From positions 13,454,001 through 13,518,000 of the forward strand of contig NC_043006.1 of assembly GCF_006345805.1 (NCBI RefSeq): DNA of 64,000 bases, read 5' to 3'. The DNA comes from Octopus sinensis (lineage: Eukaryota). Under the pieces are notes generated by a model. It was not told the origin of the DNA, made no database searches, and saw nothing but the letters and a program-made list of their open reading frames with translations. The translations under genes and the position numbers were made by a program. Positions 40,078 to 47,277 of this stretch are shown here, piece by piece. The first letter of the stretch is position 1, and the number at the start of each line of letters is the position of its first letter.

Positions 40078-40411
40078 GTACATACATGGCCGCAGTCCAG
40101 TGACTGAAACAAACAATAAAAGATCTATGATAAACGATGGCTCTGTTCGTCAGCTACTTATTCTAATTTCCACTAAAGCTATAATTTCTATAATTGTTTT
40201 TTCTTCACCCACACATATAAATATTATTTACTTTTTGCTTTTTTCAGAAAATGAAGCCCTGCTGTGTGGTCATTGTTTGGATTTCTGCACCTATTTAATC
40301 CACATTAAGCTGCTTAACGTTGAATCTACACTAACAATACTGCTCAAATCAGGCAACAGAACTTTGTTAAGTTGTCTACAGTCTTGTCTTCTGAGACACC
40401 ATATGCTGTGA
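1..40411 (+). CDS. AP4E1: AP-4 complex subunit epsilon, 5'-partial gene; join(1..106,740..849,1661..1803,5225..5337,8490..8593,9376..9600,12866..12967,14295..14400,16380..16548,19836..19956,22593..22691,33507..34184,35611..35834,39358..39515,40248..40411)
   Basis: The 15 exons total 2622 nt (873 aa + stop) and all intron phases are compatible. Colinear motifs recalled from vertebrate AP4E1: NLKYLG, LENPDPAIQRKTLELMY, LDFTLSFVDDYV..GAMPFK, LQLKGIKKVW, EKQQFATALFAG, EFADAW, final-exon EALLC..LIH. The N-terminal ~300 aa lie upstream of the window. Confidence 0.92.
236..700. repeat. Compound (CTT)n/(CAT)n microsatellite with TCT interruptions
   Basis: Direct reading; explains the low-complexity ORFs 206..745 and 223..459. 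Confidence 0.95.
740..849 (+). CDS. AP4E1: AP4E1 exon
   Basis: Acceptor CAG 737-739; (G)MKSLTALVIVAPKYAVEYQMIIMEYLENPDPAIQRK; donor AAG|GTATGT. Confidence 0.92.
938..1168 (+). mobile_element. tRNA-derived SINE family A, single copy
   Basis: A-box-like TGGCAGAATCG, B-box-like GAGTTCAAATTCC, tail AAAGAAATA; many copies in the window (e.g. 31899-32101, 49885-50090, 53415-53650). Confidence 0.85.
1500..1612. repeat. (ATT)n microsatellite
   Basis: Direct reading. Confidence 0.95.
1661..1803 (+). CDS. AP4E1: AP4E1 exon ending at a U12-type AT donor
   Basis: Acceptor TTTCAG; TLELMYQIANPANIKVISQHLLKYISKASHDPFWQADIVAKLFSLVE(K); followed by ATATCCTTT. Confidence 0.9.
2376..2670 (+). mobile_element. 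piggyBac transposase (PGBD-like) N-terminal remnant
   Basis: ALDYFYLLF..IITAETKRYAKRK and, after a frameshift, NEIKAYFAINIIMGIRKLPRI: typical piggyBac N-terminal blocks. Confidence 0.75.
3106..3502 (+). mobile_element. Non-autonomous Helitron, family 1
   Basis: A|TCTTTATATATAA 5' end; subterminal hairpin CCCG-AGCAACGC-CGGG; CTAG 3' end; second copy at 39635-40029. Confidence 0.8.
3503..3874 (+). mobile_element. Non-autonomous Helitron, family 2, fused head-to-tail to family 1
   Basis: TCTATATATATAAG 5' end; hairpin CCCGGC-GTT-GCCGGG; CTAG|T 3' end. Confidence 0.75.
4478..5072 (+). repeat. SINE A tandem array (3 units)
   Basis: Three repeats of the GTATTT..GAGTTCAAATTCCGCCGAGG..AAAGAAATA body. 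Confidence 0.85.
5225..5337 (+). CDS. AP4E1: AP4E1 exon
   Basis: (K)LSSCDKWYVDTINKLLEVTKGNIPNEIVYRLLNVIDN; donor G|GTGAGT. Confidence 0.88.
6040..6330 (-). mobile_element. Tc1/mariner-superfamily transposase remnant
   Basis: Minus-strand translation TKFSQNVWVFG*VSIEGNMPSYTFEQGLRLNSDGYMKLLETVVKLWLERV..VWQQDLNHCHTSRMSQKW (QQD.A.CH catalytic block). Confidence 0.7.
6745..7104 (+). mobile_element. CR1/L2-superfamily LINE 3' end with (TAAC)n tail
   Basis: 6757-7020 encodes DLILAHNIISG..FFTPA..LRGHSEKLYLRRFHLNRRRGAFSVRVADPWNKLP..FKASLD. Confidence 0.85.
7195..7610 (-). mobile_element. tRNA-derived SINE family B (central (TA)n(TG)n)
   Basis: Head GGAGTGGCTGTGTGGTAAG..GTTCAGTCCCAC..CCTTGGGCAAGTG; tail GTAAAAGAG. 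Other copies about 5352-5735(-), 16994-17418(-), 17789-18210(-), 36703-37078(-), 45080-45435(-), 51808-52203(+), 60452-60700(+). Confidence 0.85.
8490..8593 (+). CDS. AP4E1: AP4E1 exon
   Basis: Acceptor TTGCAG; (A)SKKDKEFSHYMFTCYMEYLQKESLPNTIIQVAVW; donor TGG|GTAAGA. Confidence 0.88.
8630..9298. repeat. Pyrimidine-rich low-complexity tract filling most of an AP4E1 intron
   Basis: CT-rich, with ~60-bp higher-order repeats near 9090-9240; source of the spurious F/S/L ORFs. Confidence 0.9.
9376..9600 (+). CDS. AP4E1: AP4E1 exon
   Basis: Acceptor TTCCAG; VISENPCEV...SDESRCWIWTAMTKII...SSETNQ (75 codons); donor GTAAGA. Confidence 0.88.
9938..10410 (+). mobile_element. CR1/L2-type LINE 3' fragment with a 5' inverted duplication
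   Basis: 10034-10291 encodes DIHKIIN..LFKL..TRGHVYK..RKHFFTLRVAEAWNKL; 9938-10022 is the reverse complement of 10031-10115; the same 3' UTR occurs inverted at about 6370-6540. Confidence 0.85.
10985..11665 (-). mobile_element. R4/Dong-like non-LTR retrotransposon 3' end (CCHC + restriction-like endonuclease)
   Basis: Minus strand: CPILAEKEYIHKYDRVGTYIHW, ILWDMPKHTDREIKANRLDIVV..LIDVSI..DDNVSPKEMEK, KYKDLEIEIQKMW..VPVIVGAL..EIQKIVLTSTA. Confidence 0.75.
11665..12150 (+). mobile_element. RTE LINE 3'-UTR copy with (ATG)n tail
   Basis: Ends GTCCAACCCATGCTAGCATGGAAAGCGGACGTTAAACGATGATG, the tail of the RTE at 28070. Similar copies about 18475-18720(-), 21990-22187, 24120-24586, 27515-28056, 32825-33170, 40870-41078, 41700-42075. 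Confidence 0.85.
12272..12812. repeat. (ACT)/(GCT)n compound microsatellite
   Basis: Direct reading; explains the poly-T/A and poly-V ORFs. Confidence 0.95.
12866..12967 (+). CDS. AP4E1: AP4E1 exon
   Basis: Acceptor TTTCAG; RFQEVKRLTSFYFNQNSNSEPGMTFHVNQAFTSE; donor GTAAGT; phase 0/0 fits its neighbours. Confidence 0.8.
13645..14040 (+). mobile_element. SINE family B, full-length copy
   Basis: AGGCGCAGGAGTGGCTGTGTGG head through GTAAAAGAGTAAAAGAG tail. Confidence 0.88.
14295..14400 (+). CDS. AP4E1: AP4E1 exon
   Basis: LDFTLSFVDDYVSLSLENGAMPFKLNQNENNNSKN; resembles the conserved VDASLSFLDGFV..GAAPYK block; donor G|GTAAGT. Confidence 0.9.
14661..14881. mobile_element. piggyBac-type MITE
   Basis: TIRs CCCTTTCGTTAC / GTAACGAAAGGG flanked by TTAA and TTGA; an identical right end with TTAA at 2982-2997. 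Confidence 0.75.
14885..15910 (+). pseudogene. Old RTE-type reverse transcriptase remnant, interrupted at about 15300-15580
   Basis: LGEEQCG..YACFVDLKKV*D..LWKVLQEFEI..PLY; downstream degenerate FADD region, KTETLVLSRKP and KFKY.G motifs. Confidence 0.7.
16130..16310. repeat. (AGT)/(AGC)n microsatellite
   Basis: Direct reading. Confidence 0.95.
16380..16548 (+). CDS. AP4E1: AP4E1 exon (hinge)
   Basis: Acceptor TTGCAG; (E)MWLFDDLQYDIYPSSEIPP...NKSRN; donor TT|GTAAGT; phases 1/2 fit. Confidence 0.8.
16589..16972 (+). mobile_element. tRNA(Arg)-like SINE family C with 14-bp TSD
   Basis: A box TGGCCCAGTGG, anticodon-like CTCGCGG, B box GGTTTCGATTCC; TSD CATTCATCTTCCCA at 16575-16588 and 16973-16986. 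Copies at 52492-52877(+), 59748-60063(+), 57703-57949(+); related copies at 34395-34695(-) and 38045-38336(-). Confidence 0.88.
18830..19650 (+). repeat. SINE A tandem array (4 units) inside one 16-bp TSD
   Basis: AATAAGAAGATAGAGC at 18814-18829 and 19646-19661. Confidence 0.85.
19836..19956 (+). CDS. AP4E1: AP4E1 exon (hinge)
   Basis: (F)NSQLLQLKGIKKVWTKDGIVQEHS...GGLQ; matches the conserved LKLEGIKKLWGKEG motif; donor CAG|GTAATA. Confidence 0.9.
20144..20482 (+). mobile_element. tRNA-derived SINE family D
   Basis: A box TGGCTCAGTGG, B box GAGTTCAAATCCC, central GTGTTCTCGAGCAAGGCACTT core-like block; related head at about 24830. Confidence 0.75.
20790..21525 (+). mobile_element. RTE 3'-UTR copy with an expanded ~60-bp internal tandem repeat (7 units, 20945-21345)
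   Basis: Unit GGCACCTGTGTCGGTGGCACATAAAAACACCATCCGAGCGTGGCCGTCTGCCAGCCTCGTCT; (ATG)n tail. Confidence 0.85.
22593..22691 (+). CDS. AP4E1: AP4E1 exon (hinge)
   Basis: QGDETKELSQEEEIKQNEKQQFATALFAGISPQ; matches EKEKQLLASSLFVG; tandem acceptor ACAG CAG; weak donor CAG|GTGCTG. Confidence 0.85.
22957..23607 (+). mobile_element. RTE 3'-UTR copy flanked by a ~70-bp direct repeat
   Basis: Flanks 22887-22956 and 23608-23684 are near-identical; internal 67-bp repeats; (ATG)n tail. Confidence 0.75.
25381..26004 (+). mobile_element. 5'-truncated RTE copy (last ORF codons plus 3' UTR)
   Basis: RKTWDKVVKHDLRTLGLTEEMTRDRDLWKCAVREKTRQDK* then a UTR nearly identical to 28070-28800 inverted. Confidence 0.9.
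26235..26290 (-). ncRNA. Degenerate hammerhead-like motif
   Basis: TATCA-CTGATGA-AGAG..CTCT-GAAA-TCAGTTC-CGATA: core and helix II present, helix I 4/5 bp, helix III poorly formed. Confidence 0.45.
28070..31096 (-). mobile_element. RTE-clade LINE, 5'-truncated within the AP endonuclease; RT domain, 3' UTR and (ATG)n tail
   Basis: SQIDYIL..PQHRLVVSDF (APE end); NYRGIKLL, EMQFGF, LAFVDMEKAFDRV, GVHQGSVLSPLLF, LLYADDLAL, FRYLG, LRWYGHV (RT). Five single-base deletions split the ORF; the restored stop is at 28681-28683. Confidence 0.95.
31110..32560 (+). mobile_element. Tc1-like element, internally deleted, with very long inverted ends and a nested SINE A (31899-32101)
   Basis: TA|CAGTACTGTGCAAAAG..CTTTTGCACAGTACTG|TA; KIDGNLNS..IFQYGKVPCH..WPAQSPDLNII and LYASLPRHIEASIQVKGSHTKY. 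Confidence 0.88.
32658..32692 (+). ncRNA. Minimal type I hammerhead, core-mutated copy (CCAATGA)
   Basis: GTTT-CCAATGA-A-GAGC-TCC-GCTC-GAAA-CGT-T-AAAC, in a ~220-bp element (32575-32797) homologous to 62290-62500. Confidence 0.7.
33507..34184 (+). CDS. AP4E1: AP4E1 large exon (acidic hinge into the ear domain)
   Basis: Long T-tract acceptor TTCCAG; 226 open codons DSFDVQ...HFLKLSVVD; donor GTAAGT. Confidence 0.88.
35611..35834 (+). CDS. AP4E1: AP4E1 exon (ear)
   Basis: DASGVWSG...EKHFPLDLTWIDFC; donor AA|GTACGT; phase 2 fits the next exon. Confidence 0.85.
35876..36410. repeat. (CTT)/(CCT)n microsatellite
   Basis: Direct reading; explains the poly-L/F/S ORFs. Confidence 0.95.
38575..39180 (-). 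repeat. SINE A tandem array (3 units, 184-bp period)
   Basis: Single head at about 39130-39178 followed on the minus strand by three bodies. Confidence 0.88.
39358..39515 (+). CDS. AP4E1: AP4E1 exon (ear)
   Basis: (N)GCSIDIAEFADAWQQFSHMEKISL...CIFGK; resembles ISSDDFGKLWLSF; donor G|GTGAGC. Confidence 0.87.
39635..40029 (+). mobile_element. Non-autonomous Helitron, family 1
   Basis: Inserted between A39634 and T40030; TC 5' end, subterminal hairpin, CTAG 3' end. Confidence 0.82.
40248..40411 (+). CDS. AP4E1: AP4E1 terminal coding exon
   Basis: (E)NEALLCGHCLDFCTYLIHIKLLNVESTLTILLKSGNRTLLSCLQSCLLRHHML*; resembles the GNEGLLACQ..CLLHC..LWFRS C-terminus. Confidence 0.88.
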
Positions 40412-40470
40412 TACTGTGACATTCACTTCCCGTTCAGGGAGGACACGAATCTATTTTTTGCCTCTTTATA

Positions 40471-40480
40471 AATAAATAAA
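40471..40480 (+). terminator. Candidate polyadenylation signal(s) for AP4E1
   Basis: Overlapping AATAAA at 40471 and 40475, 60 nt after the stop, followed by a GT-rich tract (TTTTTGTGTTGTGTTGTC) at about 40501. Confidence 0.6.
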
Positions 40481-41525
40481 AACTATGTAAATTAACCACA
40501 TTTTTGTGTTGTGTTGTCTTATGTATGTTTTCTGTATGAATCTACTACCGTGATTTGACGTTGCAGGCTTAACTTTGTACAGGGTGACCCAAAAGCCAAG
40601 CTGCAATTAACAATTAACCTTTTTCATACTAATGCTCAAGAGACCACCCTTGGTTCAATGTTATAAATTTTCTGTTTTAAAATAATCTGCATGTAGGAGC
40701 AGGAGTGGCTGTGTGGTAAGTAGCTTGCTTACCAACCACATGGTTCCGGGTTCGGTTCCCACTGCGTGGCACCTTGGGCATGTATCTTCTACTATAACCT
40801 CGGGCCGACCAAAGCCTTGTGAGTGGATTTGGTAGACGGAAACTGAAAGAAACCCGTCGTATATATATACATATGCCAGTCTCCCCTGGCACCTGTGCCG
40901 GTGACTCATAGAAAGCACCCTCTACACTCACGGAGTGGTTGGCGTTAGGAAGGGCATCCAGCTGTAGAAACACTGCCAGATCAGATTGGAGCCTGGTGCA
41001 GCCTCCTGGCTTCCCAGACCCAGGCTAGCATGGAAAACCGACGTTAAACGATGACGATGATGATGATGATGATGATGATATGTGTTTGTCTCCCCCACCA
41101 TCGCTTGACAACTGATGCTGGTGTATTTACCTCCCCGTAACTTAGCGGTTGGTAAAAGAGCCCGATAGACTAAGTACTAGGCTTACAAAGAATAAGCCCT
41201 GGGGTCGATTTGTTTGACTAAAGGCGGTGCTCCAGCATGGTCGCAGTCAAATGACTGAAACAAGTAAAAGAATAAAAGCCTTTTATCCAGATTTCATGTT
41301 ACTTTCATGTCCCAAATACCAGCGTAATAACGACAAAGTTACATTTATGAATTCGTTTTGTAAGATTTCTGATGTGAAATCACGTGTTGAGACAGATATT
41401 GTTATATTTCAGGAGGGTCATTCATTTTTTGGGGGCCTCTTTTTTTATTGCCAAACAAGCCCATATGCTATATATTCGTTCTTCACTCATTTGTTATTGT
41501 ATTTATTTTACCTTATGTCCATTTT

Positions 41526-41565
41526 CTAGAAATCTTTCGTCATACATCTGTGACCTCTTCAGTAA
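41526..41565 (-). ncRNA. Candidate diverged type I hammerhead
   Basis: TTA-CTGAAGA-G-GTCA-CAGATGTA-TGAC-GAAA-GATTT-C-TAG: intact core and helix II, near-palindromic AGATTT, only 3-bp helix I. Confidence 0.45.
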
Positions 41566-42269
41566 CACTTTCCACCCATGTGCATCCTCCTGCTCTGCCT
41601 AGTCCATTCTGACAAAGTTAATTCACATAGTTTACATTATAGAAGAGAGAGAGAGAGAGTGGGAGGGACCAAGGTAGAATTACAACACACACACATTTAG
41701 GAGGGAAGTTACGGAAGAGGGAGACCCTGGAAGACATGGGACGAAGTATTGAAAGCTAATCTCAAAACGCTGAACCTCGCGAAAGAGACGGCAGAGGGCT
41801 GAGATATGTGGTGCATTGCTGTACTCAAGAAGACCCACCCACTACAACAGAATTGAGCTCCCCAAACCAAGGTGCCACGTAAAAAGCACTGGTGATGGTA
41901 CCACGTAAAAGTTTCCCAGTACACTCTGTAAAATGGTTGGTGTTAGGATGGGCACCAAGGGGTAGAAACCATGCCAAAACAGATTATGAAACCTCTCACA
42001 ATCCCTGGCCTTTCCGGTTCCTGTCAAGCCGCCCAATCCATGCAAGCATGGAAAACAGACGTTAAAGGATGATATGAAATGCACCATGTCAATTAGGGCC
42101 AAATATCTCTGCCACGTAAAACTTTTTTCATTCCAGTAATACTGTGCCTTTAAGTAAGCATGAAGCTGTGTGTACTTGCAGATTGATTGTGAAATAAGGA
42201 AAAGAACAAAAAATTGAAATATTCTTTCCCACTCTAGGCACAAGGCCCGAAACTTTTGGGGAGTGGGAG

Positions 42270-43360
42270 GGGGGGGGGCAGTCGATTAGATCGACCCCAG
42301 TATGCAACTGGTTCTTAATTTATCGACTCCAGAAGGATGAAAGGCAAAGTCTATCACGGTGAAATTTGAACTCAGAATGTTAAGTCAGACGAAAAACCTA
42401 TTTCTTTACTACCCACAAGGGGCTAAACACAGAGGGGACAAACAAGGACAGACAAACGAATTAAGTCGATTATATTGGCCTCAGTGCGTAACTGGTACTT
42501 ATTTAATCGACCCCGAAAGGATGAAAGGCAAAGTCTATCACGGTGAAATTTGAACTCAGAATGTTAAGTCAGACGAAATACCTATTTCTTTACTACCCAC
42601 AAGGGGCTAAACACAGAGGACAAACAAGGACAGACAAACGAATTAAGTCGATTATTTGGCCTCAGTGCGTAACTGGTACTTATTTAATCGACCCCGAAAG
42701 GATGAAAGGCAAAGTCTATCACGGTGTGAAATTTGAACTCAGAATGTTAAGTCAGACGAAATACCTATTTCTTTACTACCCACAAGGGGCTAAACACAGA
42801 GGACAAACAAGGACAGACAAACAAATTAAGTCGATTATATTGGCCTCAGTGCGTAACTGGTACTTATTTAATCGACCCCGAAGGGATGAAAGGCAAAGTC
42901 TATCACGGTGAAATTTGAACTCAGAATGTTAAGTCAGACGAAATACCTATTTCTTTACTACCCACAAGGGGCTAAACACAGAGGACAAACAAGGACAGAC
43001 AAACGAATTAAGTCGATTATATTGGCCTCAGTGCGTAACTGGTACTTATTTAATCGACCCCGAAAGGATGAAAGGCAAAGTCTATCACGGTGAAATTTGA
43101 ACTCAGAATGTTAAGTCAGACGAAATACCTATTTCTTTACTACCCACAAGGGGCTAAACACAGAGGACAAACAAGGACAGACAAACGAATTAAGTCGATT
43201 ATATTGGCCTCAGTGCGTAACTGGTACTTATTTAATCGACCCCGAAAGGATGAAAGGCAAAGTCGACCTCGGCGGAATTTGAACTCAGAATGTAGCGGCA
43301 GACGAAATACCGCTAAGCATTTCGTCCGGCGTGCTAACGTTTCTGCCAGCTCGCTGCCTT
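42270..43360 (-). repeat. SINE A tandem array (6 units, ~183-bp period)
   Basis: AATTTGAACTCAGAATG recurs near 42361, 42545, 42727, 42910, 43092 and 43275; one head at 43300-43360. Confidence 0.9.
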
Positions 43361-43363
43361 TTA

Positions 43364-44654
43364 CGAGGGGCGTTCAATAAGTAATGCCCCTGACCCACTT
43401 CCCATAGCAGTAGAGCAACGAAACTTGGAACAGTTATTAGTCTTTTTCTACATAGGAACCACCCAGAGTTACGCATTTCTCCCATCGTTTGATGCGGCTC
43501 TGGAGACCGTTTTTGTAGAAGAACCCAGCTTGGTCCTCCAACCTCAACGTGACTTCAGAAATCAAGGCTGCATCATCTGGGAAACGCTTTCCTTTCAAAT
43601 ACAACTTCATGATTGGGAAGAGGTGTAAATCAGAGGGTGCAAGGTCAGGAAAGTAGGAGGGATGGGGAGGAGTTCATAGCCATACGCCTGTGCTTCTGAT
43701 CTGGCGACAAGCGAGTTGTGGACCGGAGCGTTGTCCTGCAGGAGGAGGATGCCTTTGCTGATCTTGCCCCGCCTCTTGATTTTGATAACTTCTCTTAATT
43801 TCCTCAAAAGTGAAGCATAATAGACTCCTGTAATTGTGGCACCCTTTGCCAGGAAATCTGTCTTCACTACTCCGTCCTGGTCCCAGAAGACTGTAAGCAT
43901 GACCTCGCCAGCGGAGGGCTGCACCCTTGCCTTCTTTGGAGAAGGTGAGTCACGGTGCTTCCACTGCATTGATTGGGCTTTGGTCTCTGGATCATAGTGA
44001 TGGACCCAGGTTTTATCCTATGCAATCAGTCTTTTGAAAAATTTTGACTCATCTTCTTGGCACATCTCCAAATTCATCCTCGAGCACTCGACGCGTTCTT
44101 GCTTCTGGAAAGGTGTGAGCAACCTGGGAAACCATCTGGCAGACACCTTTTGCATATGCAAATGGTCATGAATGATAGTTTCCACAGACCCGGTACTAAT
44201 CTTGACCTCATGGGCTATTTGGCGAATAGTTATGCGTCGATCTTCCAAAATGGCAACCTCAACTTGACAGACAGATGCCTCATCAATGGCAGAAGGGGGC
44301 GACCAGATCTGGGAGCTGTTTCCACAGAGTTCCGACCATGTTTGAATTCACGATGCCAGCGTTTTACAAGGTCATATGATGGGGCATCATCACCATAAGT
44401 TACTTTCATTTCATCAAAAGTCTCCCGTGGTGTGCGTCCTTTCAAATACAAAAACCGGATCACTGCTCGACACTCAACATGCTCCATTTCACACTTGACT
44501 CAGTTCAAACACCTGTAAATCGGAAACCACAATTAGTTCAGAGCTGTAATTTGCCGCTTAATCGAGGGAGATATAAATAATTGCACATGCAAAATTTCAG
44601 CTAGGTCAAACAGCTGCAAGTGGGTCAGAGGCATTACTTATTGAACGCCCCTCG
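43364..44654 (-). mobile_element. Full-length mariner (irritans/Himar-like), inactive
   Basis: 1291 bp; TA TSDs; ~37-bp TIR CGAGGGGCGTTCAATAAGTAATGCCCCTGACCCACTT; WFPRLLT, D.TW, QDNAPVH, HPSYFPDLAPSD after frame repair; premature TAG. Confidence 0.95.
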
Positions 44655-45254
44655 TAAAGGATGAAAGGCAAAGTTGATCTTGGCGGAATTTGAACTCAGA
44701 ACGTAACGGCAGACGAAATACCTATTTCTTTACTACCAACAAGGGGCCAAACACAGAGAGGACAAAGAAGGACGAAATACCGCTAAGCATTTCGCCCGGC
44801 GTGCTAACGTTTCTGCCAGCTCGCCGCCTTAGAAAATTGAAATATTGACAGAAAATAACTTAATGATGATTTGCAACCTTCATTGAGCCTCTTTCAATAC
44901 CTATATTCTTTTATTTTACAGTTTAAAATTAATATTTATGAATACTTAATTTATTGAATATAAATATATAGAAATACGAAATTATAAAATTATTGAACCG
45001 AATATAATAAATTTTATAAAATGTTCACAGTTTTTTTCTGTTATTGTTTCAATTAGATAGATAGAAATATATATATATTCGTTTCAGTCATTTGATTGCG
45101 GCCATGCTGGAGCACCGCCTTCAATCGAGCGAATCGACTCCAGGACTTATTCTTTATAAGCCTAGTACTTATTCTATCGGTCTCTTTTGCCGAACTGCTA
45201 CCTTACAAGAACGTAAACACATAAGCATCGATCATCAAGCGATGGGGGGGGGGG

Positions 45255-45288
<34 letters not shown>

Positions 45289-45572
45289 TATATACGATGG
45301 GCTTCTTTCAGCTTCCGTCTACTAAATCCGCTCACAAGGCTTTGGTCGGTCCGGGGCTATAGTAGAAGACACTTGCCCAAGGTGCCACGCAGTGGGACTG
45401 AACCATGTGGTTGGTAAGCAGGCTACTTACCACTCACACGCACACACATACACACACACGTGTGTGTGTGTATACATATATACAGAGGTTGGACAAAATA
45501 ATGGAAACACCTAGCATCATAATTTTGATATATCTATAAAACCGCCAAAAGCTTGTCTATTTTTATGTTTTT

Positions 45573-45608
<36 letters not shown>

Positions 45609-45640
45609 GAGAATCAGGGGCGATATTTACCCTTTTATTT

Positions 45641-46252
45641 GGAAAATAAATTTGTTATGTATAGATTAATAAAATGTATATTAAAGAACTGAAATATTTA
45701 CATAGGCCAAAATTGATTATATGTTCATATTAAACACAGATGTTATTTTTCAATAATGTGGTCTCTTTATTTAACTGTTGCTGTACAGAAGTTATTGATT
45801 TGCATTGTTATATAGGGAAAAATCTTTCTATGTGTTTATTAGTTGCATTTGTCTCTATCTTGAGAAATAGATTTGTTCCCTATACAGTGTCATTCTCCAG
45901 CTGAGAGACATTCTTGTTTTCGCTATGTAGTCGTAGCCACGTTTTGAACAAGTTATGACGGAGATTGCGTTTTGGGATGCACAGGTAAACTCAATCTTAA
46001 TTTTGAATATTTGTCCTTGTTTAAAATGGAATTTCGAACCTTCCAGTGGGTTGCTACATGTTCCACAGTAAGGTCGCCCACAACGTCGTCGCGCACATTT
46101 TTTTTAGCTCTTAGCTCCGTCATTGTTGAGTATAATTTTGTACTTCGGCACATCTGTGCTTTAATATGAACAAATAATCAACTTTGGACAATGTAAATAT
46201 TTCAGTTCTTAAATATACACCTTATTAATCTTACATAACGAATTTATTTTCC
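45641..46252 (-). mobile_element. Penelope-like element remnant (Neptune-like GIY-YIG region) bracketed by ~100-bp inverted repeats
   Basis: 46097->45870 reads CARRRCGRPYCGTCSNPLEGSKFHFKQGQIFKIKIEFTCASQNAISVITCSKRGYDYIAKTRMSLSWRMTLYREQI; arms 45641-45742 and 46151-46252. Confidence 0.75.
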
Positions 46253-46258
46253 AGATGC

Positions 46259-46344
<86 letters not shown>

Positions 46345-46522
46345 TGAGTGTATTTTTACCTTGTTAACAATTAACACGGAAAAAATAAATAAATAGTTAC
46401 CAGAAGATTGCATTGTTTATACCATTTATTCTTTTGAATAGTATCAGTGGAATTGGAATTTTCGAAACATATGTCGAAAGTAAAAATATTTGATTACACC
46501 TGCGTTAAACTCCATTTATTTA

Positions 46523-46557
<35 letters not shown>

Positions 46558-46576
46558 TAGAAAAAAAACAACCTTT

Positions 46577-46849
46577 TATCAATTCAATAATGAAAAATTA
46601 AATTATGCCATTTAGAAAAAATACATATTATAGAAATATTAAATATAAGATAAAACATATAACGATGATTAAGTAATGTGCAAAATAATAATTAAAACTT
46701 ATAAAACTTATATATTTAAATATATAAGTTTTATTTATTATTTTGCACATTACTTAATCATCGTTATATGTTTTACCTTATATCTAATCTTTCTATAATA
46801 AGTAATTTTTCTAAATGGTATAATTTAATTTTTCACTATTGAATTGATA
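46577..46849. repeat. AT-rich near-perfect palindrome (~135-bp arms, no spacer)
   Basis: Centre ATATATTT|AAATATAT at 46717/46718. Confidence 0.9.
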
Positions 46850-46990
46850 TGCGACATGGAGAGGTGGCTTATCTGGAAAAGCAGCTTAGACCCTACTACA
46901 TGTCTAAATACAAGGACAGAACTTTTCGGATCATGCCCATATGTGACTAAATTTCTGTTACGTTTTTGGTCCCCTAAAGAAAACAAATAG
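46841..46990 (+). mobile_element. Penelope-like GIY-YIG C-terminal remnant
   Basis: ELICDMERWLIWKSSLDPTTCLNTRTELFGSCPYVTKFLLRFW resembles the PLE C.LC..EK..I...LN.RSEL...CRH..KFLL terminus; a hammerhead follows 230 nt later. Confidence 0.65.
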
Positions 46991-47217
46991 AACATGCTTT
47001 CTATGTTATGTCCCAAGAAGGTTTTTTTACCTCATCACACCTTCTATCATATATTTTATGTATATTTTTATATATTTTTTATATATTTTTTAATGTATTT
47101 TTATATAATTTTTATGGCGAAAAATGCGAGCGATGTATAAGTATGCAGGCAAGCAGAGTTATAACACAGTAATTTCCCTTTGTATAACGGTATTTGTCAT
47201 AGCGTTTTCAAATAGCC

Positions 47218-47277
47218 AGATAACCGAAGAGATGTCGTGGATTCCCACTTCGGCATCTGAAACTCAGAGTTTTATCT
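47218..47277 (+). ncRNA. Type I hammerhead ribozyme motif (U4C core)
   Basis: Helix I AGATAA/TTATCT; CCGAAGA; helix II GATGTCG/CGGCATC with inner GTGG/CCAC; GAAA; helix III ACTC-A-GAGT; predicted GUU cleavage after 47271. Confidence 0.78.

Noticed and set aside
45870-46097. Selenocysteine (UGA) recoding as reported for some PLE endonucleases
   Set aside because: No TGA at the Cys positions in this fragment
46431-46480. GAAA-CATATG-TC palindrome with possible helix I CTTTT/GAAAG in a (TA)n-flanked fragment
   Set aside because: No recognisable CUGANGA or helix II; possibly a very decayed hammerhead but not supportable
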